Assembly (NCBI RefSeq): GCF_947568905.1
Contig: NC_079171.1
Coordinates: forward strand, 47,678,001-47,742,000
DNA: 64,000 nucleotides
Source of the DNA: Ostrea edulis
Taxonomy: Eukaryota
Direction of reading: 5' to 3'
The notes beneath the pieces are model-generated. The model saw only the letters and a program-made list of their open reading frames with translations. It was not told where the DNA came from and made no database searches. This document shows, in pieces, positions 40,601 through 52,600 of this stretch (the first letter of the stretch is position 1; each line of letters begins with the position of its first letter). A program made the position numbers and the translations under genes.

Positions 40601-43600
40601 CAATCGAGAGCAAGTAGCTCAGAATTCAACAACCTTTATGCGAACACAAGTGATAATAAAACTGATAACAATGATTCACAAAGAGTAAACAATGCAAGCT
40701 TGGATAAATCAGAAGCGAATACAAGAGAAGACGACGTTGACATCGACGAGAAAGTTCACGAAGAAAATCCTTACGGAGACTTGGATATCAAAGAAGAAAT
40801 AATTCCAGACATCCTGTTATCAAAGCTGGAGGCAGCCATTGAAGAGAAACGGAGGGATGAAGATGATGGTTTTAAGAGGGAGTATGCAGTAAGGGAATTT
40901 ATAAATAGTATCATGTCTATAGGTACTGGGCTTAATTGATGTTTATGCAAACAATGAAATGATCATGCAGTAGTAAACGCACCTTGCATTTGAAGATAAA
41001 CTCCCTGAATATATTTTGTTTTGGCATTCCAGAATCTGCCTTATGGAGAGAGATTTCCTTGTAACAACGGTAAACTGCCAGAAAATATAACAAAGAACAG
41101 ATTCAAGACTACGTTTCCTTGTAAGTTCTACAACAGAATGTGTTAACTGAAATAAGTGAAGTGCATGCAATTTGCATTTTCGACACGTTGAATTGTTCTT
41201 TACAAAATGCAAGGACTATTGTAACATGGTGAAATTGAAATCCGACAGATTTGGGGTCAAAGTGAACGGAAAAGATCAAGATCGGTAGATTTATAATGTT
41301 ACAGGGTAGTATCATCTGAACAAGGTCTTCAGAGAATGCTTGTGCATATGTAGGGAGACACAAAATAATTTATTCTAATTAAGGTTTTTATCAACGATGT
41401 TTCTCTATAGGACAAGCACATAAAATTATATCCACTTTCAATTCTGAATTGATTTTTTTTTATAACTAGAAATCAACGGCTTGTAGTATCGGTTTTTTGT
41501 TGAATATAAAGCTTTCATGTTTCCCTTTAGTTTCTTACCTCACTACCTGGAATTTGGTATAGAGCACAGACAAACGTACACGTTCCCCGTGTTGTGTGTG
41601 TCCTTACTGTAAAGTTTTCCGATGGAGTGCAACTCCGTTAATTAAAAAGAAAGAATTTACAATATGAGGGGTCAGACCCAGGGATCCTTTCTGTAAAATA
41701 ATTATTATGCTGACTGTAAATAATTTTACAAAGTATTTTGGCCTTGTTTGAAACCTTGAAGCCAGGAACATATTTTACATTTTGTGTGCACTTTTTCAAA
41801 ATAATAGTCAGGGATTTGGCATAAAATGTGTCAATATCCTTACTACTATTATGACATAACACTTGTAAAATGTTACATTATTAAATGAATTATATACTAT
41901 TAATTGATTTTTCCTATTGCCTATAGACGACCATTCTCGCATCCAACTAAAAACGACTCCGTCTGACTATATCAATGCCAACTTCATTCACGTGAGTCTT
42001 CACCATCCATACTAAATGATGCATTTCAAATGCTATATCTTCTCTGAACTGACATTACAAGACTCCCCCATTCTTACTCTATCATTGTTATATAACTGGG
42101 ACCAAACAGGTAAGATCTGAATAGAGAAATTCATCAACAGATTAACTGTAATCGAATTCATACACTTAAATACAACTTATTTGACAGTTAATCAAAGCTT
42201 TAAATATTAGATTTCTTGTAGTGGATATTTTAATATTATTGTGTACTATAATAAATATATGCTTTGTCTCGTATTTGGACGTATATTATAATCTGGATTA
42301 CTAACTTAATTTTCATGACAATTAACAAGCAGGTTCTACAACATACATATACGTATATCACATCTATCACTGACTCTAGTATTGGTACGAACGGATTATT
42401 GATATGGGAGGTAACTGCAACATCAGGAGGAAACTCACGTGTTTGGGTGGGGAACCCAGAATGCGATGATATTAGCAAAATGCTGAATTGATAGTAACAT
42501 GTATATACTTATATTTTCAGGGCGTTGAGAGGATGAATGAATACATTGCATCACAAGGTTAGAGAAAAAGAAATAGCATGACATCAGAACTTTCAATTGT
42601 TTATAACTACACATCAATCTATCTCGACTCATGCGTTTACCCCCAAAAGGAAATATTCTATCAAGCAATCTATAAATGCTTGTTATATCATACAAAATGG
42701 TATTGGTTGGATACATGTGAATGGGTCGTTACAGTGACATGCAAATGAGAACAGTTTAAATTTCCTGATTATGGATTTTCCACAGGTCCTAAGCAAAACA
42801 CACTGTCAGACTTCTGGACAATGATTTGGCAGGAGAACGTGAGACAAATCATCATGCTGACTAACCTGAGGGAGGGTAATAAGGTATTGTCACATCATCT
42901 TAACATGGTTGTCTTTGGATACTTGCTAAATTGTGTTTCACCATAAGAATATGTAATGTTGGTAAAAACCTCTCTTAACGGAAAACAAACAAACCAAAAT
43001 AATTATATTCACTTTTTCCTACATATTTTTCGAAAATGAAAAGGAGAAGATAACGAACAGTGATCAATCTCATAAATCTTATAATCATAAAAGTGTATCC
43101 ATTGAAAACATCAATCCATGTCCTGTGGTGGCGTTGTTACAGAGATATACTTAAATGATTTACTTTTTCATATACAGGCAAAATGCGTGCAGTACTGGGC
43201 GGACATCGACGTACCTGCTACGTTTGGAGTGTTTTCTTTACGTACAGTAGAAGAGAAACATTACGCGTTTTATATAATCCGAACGTTCAGGGTCACTAAT
43301 AATGAGGTATGAATACAAGTGTATGTAACATATGTCTGAAATAGTTGTGCAAGTTATATCAATGCTTATATCTTGCTATTTTAAATCCCAATACCTATGT
43401 ATTACAAATATACAGATATTATTGCGCATGGAATGATAAGGTGTATGCTATGATAATGTAATATTATATTCTTGTCCACATGATATCAATAGGATGTGTT
43501 TCATCAAATTCAAATTTCGTTTGGTAAGCGAGCCGTTCGTTTTATGTTTATTACAATATTAAAATGATCTAGTGCGTATCACTTAAAGTTGCATAGGAAT

Positions 43601-46600
43601 AACCGTTTGGCTTTATAGTCATTCAATGGAAAACACTATGATAATAACAGTTAAATATTACCTGAAAATGTTAATTTACGCATAGAAAGAAATTCAGAAT
43701 ATCACGTGAACTCATTACAGTAACTTTAATATCACATAAAGTCTATATAACGGCACTATTCAAAAGTTGTCTTAGAACCCTAGCATGGTTTTATACACCT
43801 TAATCATTTGCTGACTATCAATATGATTGATAATTAGTTAAAAAAGACACACATGGTGACACAGTATCACTACACCGCCTGGCCGGATCACGGGACACCG
43901 GAACCGCTCTGTCTTGTCAATTTCCATGATCACGTGACGAGAACCAAAGATAAAGCTGATGTCGGTCCAACATTGGTACATTGCAGGTATATATATACAT
44001 GTGTTATATAGCAGACATAGGGGACTGAATTGGCTGATAATATATTTACAATAATATATACATATTATATACATATACATATTACCGCTACTACTATTAT
44101 TGCTACTATAATTACTACTATTACTGCTACTATTTCTAAAAATTCTAAAACTAAAAATAGCTATAATACTAAATTCAATACTACTAAAAGTTTAACAACT
44201 ACTGCATGAAATTCAACTATTGACATTTGAAGTACATGTGATGGCTATTATTTGTTAATCTAAATGCAATTCAATCCATATGCTTTTAAGTGTTTTCTGT
44301 GTGGGGATTCATCTCTTACATGCTATCTAGAGGAAAAGAAAGGAAATGTGTTACTCGTATGAAAAAAATAAAACAACTGTACTTTTAGTGCTGGTATCGG
44401 TCGCACGGGAACATACATCGCTATAGACGCTTTACATTGGGCTGGCAAGAAAGATAAGAAAATAAACATTGCAGAATACGTGAAGAAGATGAGAGAGAAC
44501 AGAATGAACATGGTGCAGACATATGTGAGTACAATTGATATATGTATTGTCGGTGATTGATTGTGAATGGTACTTAATGTGAAGCAAAATCAATTTACCA
44601 TTGCGTGCGGTTTCTTTCTGAGTTTAACAGGCATACGAATGATATAGGTGCTTTACATTACGTTAAAAGCCAGTAAGAAATTTAATTGCGAATATTTCAA
44701 AGAACATATGAATCTGAATATAATGTAATGATATCAAGTGTATATCTCATTCATAATTTGCATATTGTTCTCTATCACGTTCTTCCCAGGAGCAATACAG
44801 AAGCATTTTTCTGGCTCTGAATGATATGGTAAAAGCACCAACAGCTGTCCAGAAGAAAACGCAGTTTGTCCAAAAAGCAGAGGAAATTCAGAATGACAAA
44901 CCGGTGAATCAAAGTGACCTTGGTAAAGAATTCCAGGTGTGTAGTATCTTAACGAAGATTTTAATCACTCGATGATCGTAAAGATTATTTTGATGTTTAC
45001 ATTGCAATCCATACAAACATGGCTGTTTTTGAATTCGGACGGTGTATGATGCGCATGTATATAGATCAATCAATCAGTTTAGGCCTGGACAATTCTTCAG
45101 CATTAGATAATTACAGGATAATAATTTACTGTGGCTTTAAACATGTGGGCTTACATTATCTACAGGTTCCAGGTTGGTTGGTTGGATGTATAATGTTTAA
45201 CGTCTCATTAGATACTTTTTCACTCACATGGAGACGTCACCATTGCCGGTGAAGGGCTGTAAAAGTATGGCTATCATCGGCGCTTACGGTCTTTGAGCAG
45301 GGAGGGATCTTTATTGTGCAACACCTGTTGTAAAACGGGGCCTCCCAATTTAGTCACCATTTACAACAAGAAAAAGGGTACTTATAATATATTCTAACCT
45401 GATCACCTCGAGGAAATGTTATAAAAGTCGAATAATAATTTTTTATTGTCTTTTTTTTCCGGAATAAGTGATTTGTTTTATTCTTTGAGATGGCGATGAC
45501 AAAATTAGAAATAACTATGAAAGTAAATTTAGAGATCGACCTATAATCTTTTCTTCTGCAGAAAAATTAAGCTGGTAGCTCAGAAATAACATGGCAAATA
45601 ATTCAGTACACTTTTCTTATAGAAGCAATGCTAAGTATCTCAAATAATTAATCACAGTTGTTCCCACCCCTGTCGTTTTAAAGGTTCTGTGTTTACCTTG
45701 CTTGGATTCTTAATAGATCATTTTTTCCAACAGAATATGTTCGAATTTCAACTTTTGTACTCATACAGTCTATCGGTCGCTTGTATGCTTTTTTTGTTTA
45801 TGATGTAATTCACAAATACAAGATGTCATTAAGTTGAGTATCGCCTTATGTATTTCATACCAATTGTTGGATCATTCTTTACATACTGATTTTGAATACG
45901 GAATACTACGTTTTAATGATCATGGGTAGATCAAAATTCATCTGGTATATACAGGAGTCCAGGTTTGCCAAACTCTAAATTCTGTAATCTTTGAATGATT
46001 CATGATTTTTTTTTCTTACAAGTTTATTATTATTTCGGGTTTCCAATATTTTAGCTTGAATATCGCTGAAGAGACTTTATTTATCGACATGCGCATCTAG
46101 TAAATCAAAATTGGTACTGTATAAGTTTTACATTACGACCACTGGGTCGAGACCTCTACTGGTGGACTGTTAGTCCCCGGAGGGTCTCTACAGCCCAGAA
46201 GCTAAGTACTTCGTTACTACATGTAGCTTGAAAATACGGATATATATTTAATTGCTTTAATAAAATTTAGAAATATATTTCAAACTTGAGATTAACTCCC
46301 TCATGCATAGCTCTGATCCGTAGACGAATTTGACTNNNNNNNNNNNNNNNNNNNNNNNNNNNNNNNNNNNNNNNNNNNNNNNNNNNNNNNNNNNNNNNNN
46401 NNNNNNNNNNNNNNNNNNNNNNNNNNNNNNNNNNNNNNNNNNNNNNNNNNNNNNNNNNNNNNNNNNNNNNNNNNNNNNNNNNNNNNNNNNNNNNNNNNNN
46501 NNNNNNNATCTTTATTTCCATTATTTCAGCTTGAGCAACACTGAAGAGACATCATTTGTCGGGGGGCCTCCGTGTCCGAGTGGTTAGAGCATCACGCTCA

Positions 46601-49600
46601 CAATCACACGGCCTCTCACCTCTGGCCGGCGCGGGTTCGAATCCTGCTCGCGCCGGTAAGTGAGAAAGTTTCCCAGTTTGCTTTCGGAAGGTCGGTGATC
46701 TTTTCCCAGGTACATTGTATCTGGGTTCTCTCTTCCACCAATAAACACTGGACGCCACCAGATTACTGAAAAATTGTTGAGTGTGGCGGAAAACATAAAT
46801 CAATCATTTGTTGAAAAGCAGCTGATGCGTCAAAATTGGCACAGTATAAGTTTTACATTACGACCCCTGAGTCGAGGCCTCTGCTGGTGGACTGTTAGTC
46901 CCCTAGAGTCTCCACATCCCTGTAGCTAAGTGCTTCGTTACTAGCTTGAAAGTACGGATGTATATTTAATTACTGTGATACAATTTAAAAATTCATTTCA
47001 AAATTAAGGATTATCTCCCTCATGCATAACTCTTATCCTTAGACGATCTTTTGCACTCTAGTTTATTTTTGTTACAAATTTATTGTTATTTTTGATTTAC
47101 AATATTTCAGCTTGAGCATCAATGATGAGCCATTATTTGTCGAAATGCGCATCTGGTGCATCAAACTTGTTACCGTACATGAGATTGATCGTTTTATTTA
47201 CTTTTTCGTACATATTTATCGAAAATAAAACGGTGAAGATAGCGAACATTGATCACTCTCATTACTCCTATACGGAAATGGAGTGGTCCGTAGTCAGAAT
47301 CAATGTGTCAATTATAGTACATGTAGCCCGGAAAGCATATAAATGCATTGTTATTGAAAAGCAGTAATACATGTATAGTGGGATAAACGCATCTAAACAA
47401 TTAATAAACCTTTGATAACATATTAAGGATACGGTACACTGATTGTAAAGTACTTTGAAAGTATTCATACACGTGTATCATTCCGTGGGGATCCGGGTTA
47501 GAATAGGTCCTCAGTACATGTACCCCTTGGTTGTCGTAGAAGGCGACTAAATGGGGCGGTCCTTCGGATGAGACCGCAAAAACCGAGGCCCCGTGTCACA
47601 GCAGGTGTGTCACGATAAAGATCCCTCCCTGCTCAAAGGCCATAAGCGCCGAGCATAGGCTGAAATTTTGCAGCCCTTCACCGGCAGTGGTGACGTTTCC
47701 ATATGAGTGAAATATTCTCGAGAGGGACGTAAAACAATATTCAATCAATCAATACACGTGTATCAGTATGTCAAATTCCATTTCAGACTCTCATGAAAGT
47801 GAGACCTTCCTATACGGATGCAGATTACAAGTTCGCACTACAATCAGGAAGCGACAGAACCAGAATTCTCCCACGTATGTTAGCCTCAATGTTAATCTAA
47901 TTTGTTTCCTGTTAAAGTCAGAAAAATAACGAAACAGACTTTGTCTACGTATGTTAACATTCAATCTAATTTGTTTAAGAATTCAATTGGCAACATGTAG
48001 AGCAAATATAATACATAAAGTTCATCCTATATCCTTATGACGTCTAAGATTCTACATCAAATGTTTTAATTTTTTTTCCAGTTGACAAATACAGTCTCTA
48101 TCTCTCCTTTAGTGGAGGAAAGCGCGGGAACTACATCAATGCTATCTCTGTTCCTGTAAGTATCATGTTCTGCACTTCATGCCTCTAAATACATAAACAG
48201 TACAGCTTAAGAATGTCTAGGAATGGGTCATTGCCCATAGACATATCTCTTTGTCACAGTATTGCATCTCATGACACACAGAAGAAAATATCAAATTTTA
48301 CATATATTATTTGATGATAGAATGATACGTACTTAAGAACATGCGGCACGATGTGGCCAAAATAACTAGTCAATGAATATTTTTTTATTTTTTTTCATGA
48401 AGCACCATCAGGATGTCCTGTACAATGTGTATAAATTTCAAGGCCACTTTCTAGGTATACAAAGGAGATAATAAGCTTTGAATTACCCCCTTTTCGAAAA
48501 TTGAATTTTACAAGATCATTCCAATTTTTAATTAAACGATAATCTTTAGAATATATGCAAAATATAAAATATATAATAATAACATGCTTTAACATAACCA
48601 TATAATAAGAAATTGGGAAAATTGAAGGATTTGAGGTGGAAATTAGTACTAAAAAACAGGGTAGTCCAGATACTAAATGAAGCACTGCTCAAAAATCTCT
48701 CAATGAATTTTTTTTTTTGCAAACACTGCAATTAAAAGCTATTCATATACCTAACTTCCTGTAGAAATATGAAGGAGTGAAGCTAATCTTGATTTTGAGC
48801 TAGGCGTTCTTGAAGTTATACATTGATATGTTCTCTTGGGGTTAGGCTTGGCGAAATATTTGTTATTGATAACTTTCAAGCTTATATTCTTTTCATGTAT
48901 AACTACAGCTGTACTGTTAAAAGTAATGGGAGAGAGGACAGTCTCAATTTATTTGCACTACCAAAAAAAATTCCCATTGTCAAAAACGAAGGGGGGGGGG
49001 GGCAGCCTAATTCTTCGTGCCTGTTTTGGAATATATTGTTACAAACTATATTTGTTTTGAACCTATTGAAATATTTAGAATTTTCATGATTATGGAACAA
49101 ACATTGAGTTACTGAAAACAAATTAAAATTGATTTTTTTTAAAATATACATGTATGTATTAAATATGGCTTCGAACAAAACGTCCAGTCCAGCTTTATAA
49201 CGTCTTCTTTCAAACCACGGGTTAGGTATAGTTAACGTCAATATAAGCTCCTACTTTCTGTACAAGATCAACACCATTTCCGCGGCCATGGTAGCTAATA
49301 TCGCTTGACTCGATCGTCTTCATGTATTTTTCAAGGTATTTAGGCTATGTGACGCACATGTTGTGACTATGCACCTTTTTCTTTTTTACATGTCTGCTTC
49401 TCGCTTATATTCCGACGTGTGTCATATTTCTTACATAGTTTCACAGTAGTTACCATTTCCGGAGCAGTATTTCGTAAAGTTAGTAAAAATAATTTGGAAT
49501 ATGAAATAGTTTGAGAGATAAAGCGTACTTATATTTTAATAAAAATGCTTGCAAAAATTCAACATTCCTAGTATGGAAGTTAATATTTGAACAAAAGTAA

Positions 49601-52600
49601 CGTTTGTTGTCATAAGGAGGGGGATTTTCGCAAACAAGGATCGATTATAAGAGCACCTGAATAGTTCGTACGTTTCCCAAGCAAGATTCGGAGAAATGTG
49701 TGTCCAGTTCTAGTTTCACACTACTATAGTAAATATCAACAAATGATCATCATCTTACACTTGTACTGGGTCATTGTTTACAGACGATTGACTTTCTTTT
49801 TGTAAATGTCTAGAGATGCAAATTACATATGCATGTAGGAGCGATTTCGGTTACCTATAGGCTATACTATCAAAATTACTGTGGCGCATACTATATAGAT
49901 ATGACATATGCAATGTATATGAAAAGGAGACTTGTAATCACTATGAAATGAAATAAAAATTATCATTTGACAAGAATTCAATCAACAGATTTACACATGA
50001 CGGTAGCAAATTACGACAAAATATGATGACATTTTCCCCGCGATACAATGCCGTGACGTACTTTTTTATTATGACGTCATATAGTGTGTCTGTGCAGCAT
50101 TGTGATTTTTCTCTGGAAGCTTTAACTACTCTATGTCCGGTTCTAAATTTATGATAAATTCGCAACCATCACGTGATCATCGTCCCGCATATCCTTAAGT
50201 GTTTGACTACTTGTTCGATGATATTGTACATTGGACAGTTTGTCTACCATTAGTATTTTGACAAGTAATAGGTTGAATAGATATAGGCTGTCAATATATA
50301 CTTATATTTTCGTTTCATTGAGTTAAGCGAGATAACCCCAGATGCTATTTCACTGTTGATTCCTGTGGAGATGTCAAACGCAATATCGATTTGTGTTTTA
50401 TTTTATGGATGACTTCTAATAAAAGTGAATGGTAAATCGATGTTCAAACATTTGAACAAGTCTTTTGTTATAGCGGTTACATTCAGTAAGTGGTAAACTT
50501 TAGTTAATATATATAATTTATCAATAGTTGCATAGTAGTTCCGTGACAAAACTGTTAGTGCATTAGCGTGACAAAAGCGTTCTGTCGGTTTTGAGGCCTC
50601 AGATCAGTATTTTTATGCATCCGGAATCGTAGATTTGGGGACATGCAGTTTTCGGTCCATCCGTCTGTCTGTGGCAACAAACAATCTTGCTCAGATATTT
50701 TATACCATACGATGAAATGCTTTCATGTGTATGAACATTTCTCGCAACAATACCTTTCCATTGACGGCTTTATCTTGGACATTGTGATCTCCATATTGAC
50801 CATTGACCTACTTCGACTTTGTTGTAATCCGGGGACATCAGTGTTTTACGAACAAATCTTGTTCAATTTCTGATTTGAATTGCTTCAGTGAACTCTATGT
50901 GAAGCAATTGAAGAAGGCAAAAAAGTAGACACAGATGATATACGTATATCTGTGCACGATGCGAAAATAATGGGATGTGGAATATAGGCGTAGAAAATAC
51001 CAATACGTGTAATACGTAGTTTCATAATATCTGAACATTTCGGTAACTTTACTATCAATACATGAAAAATAAATCAGTTATTAAAGCGTTACATCCTCCT
51101 TATATAAAGTTCATGAAAATGGACTTGTACCGTATATAGTTCTTCCGTTTTGGAATATTTATCAAAAATTGCAAACGGTATCCGGTGAATGTGCTTTTAT
51201 TTTTACATGTTTCTTTCTTCCTTTCCTGTAGTCTTACGACAACCAAGACGCGTTTGTTGTAACTCAGTATCCGCAGATAGGGGACGCTGTGGACTTCCTG
51301 CGACTGCTCACTGATCATGAATTAGACACCGTGATATGCCTAGACGCCATGAGAGAAGTGGAATCCGTATGGAATTATTTTTTTCTATGTTTCTTTAAAA
51401 TATTTCTCTGGATTTGATATGCTGTGAAGATATCCTTGGTTTTTTTTATTTTAGATATTTTGAAAGCTTACAAGATGCTTCTTCTTTCATTCATATCACA
51501 ATTGTGACACAGTCAATTTCAATAATGGGACGTATCTTTAATCGGATCCATTTATTTATAGATGAATCTCCATTTTTCTTTTTAAAAAAAATTTCAGACC
51601 ACGAAATGGCTACCAAGCAAGAATAGTTCAAAATCCGTTACTCCATTTACTGTCCATTGTCATCAAGAAGAGTCAACGGACGTACAATCTACCACACTTC
51701 ATGTTGTTAAAGAAGGGGCAAGTATTTCGATAAAAGTATCAAAGAAGTTAATGCAAGAAAATAATCAGGGAAAAGTGATTTGGTTGTATGGGTAGTGCAA
51801 TGGTAGTACAGTCGTTTCTTTACTCTGCAATCTGCCCTCAATCCTAGATATTTGCAGTGGTATGAAGTTGAGGGAATGATGATCGCCTGCTTACAAACGC
51901 AGGTATATTTATTTCATGAGATAGGACAATTCAAATTATCCAAGTTAATGTCTAATGAAATCGTCTGTGTACAACCAGATTAATCGTCCGAATTGATATA
52001 CGTTTTTATGCGTTCGCGGTTTATCCTGACATTTATCATTTATATCAAACTACTCAATCACAACAACGTTAAACCTACTTTGAAATAGAAAATCAACGGA
52101 ACGAAACGATCTCAGTAAAATACGTTTGTTAGACATTTTTCTCGATGTCAAACAAGACGAATATTTTCTCACAAAACAATTACTATTCCCATGAGGATAC
52201 GGGTTAGAATAGATCCTCAGAGTCCCTTGCTTGTTGTAAGAGGTGACTAAATGGGGCGATCATTCGGACGAGACCAGAGAAAGGTGTAGCACGATATATA
52301 TTCCTCTCTGCTCAAACATCAAAACGATGAGCATATTAATGAAAAGTGAAGATACGAACGTGATCAATCTAATAACTCCCATAAGACGTTTAAAATAGAG
52401 AGCTGGTCAAGCACGGACTCCTGGATATAATACATTACGTCAAAGCCGTTTTATTGAAACTGTTGTCCTCGGTGTTAAGCAATATAGACATTGCAAATGT
52501 TACGTTCTAGTACTTGTGTTACATACAACAAATACTCACAAGAGCAAGCTCAAAATATGTACAAGGAAAGTATGCATTTCAATTATACTATTTACATAGA

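Larger units (their letters stand above)
46040..47180 (+). mobile_element. Tandem hammerhead-delimited repeat (non-LTR retrozyme-like), three hammerhead copies, monomer about 330 nt
   Basis: Hammerhead copies at core positions 46066 (GAAA changed to GACA), 46541 (split by SINE) and 47122 (C3 changed to A); spacer sequence 46110-46335 repeats at 46830-47050; same family as 21498. Confidence 0.75.

Noticed and set aside
46267-46587. ORFs with X runs
   Set aside because: Artefact of the N gap.
47481-47560. HDV-like ribozyme at the SINE 5' end (CTAA after a stem)
   Set aside because: Could not place P1/P2/P3 in double-pseudoknot order; simple nested hairpins fit better.
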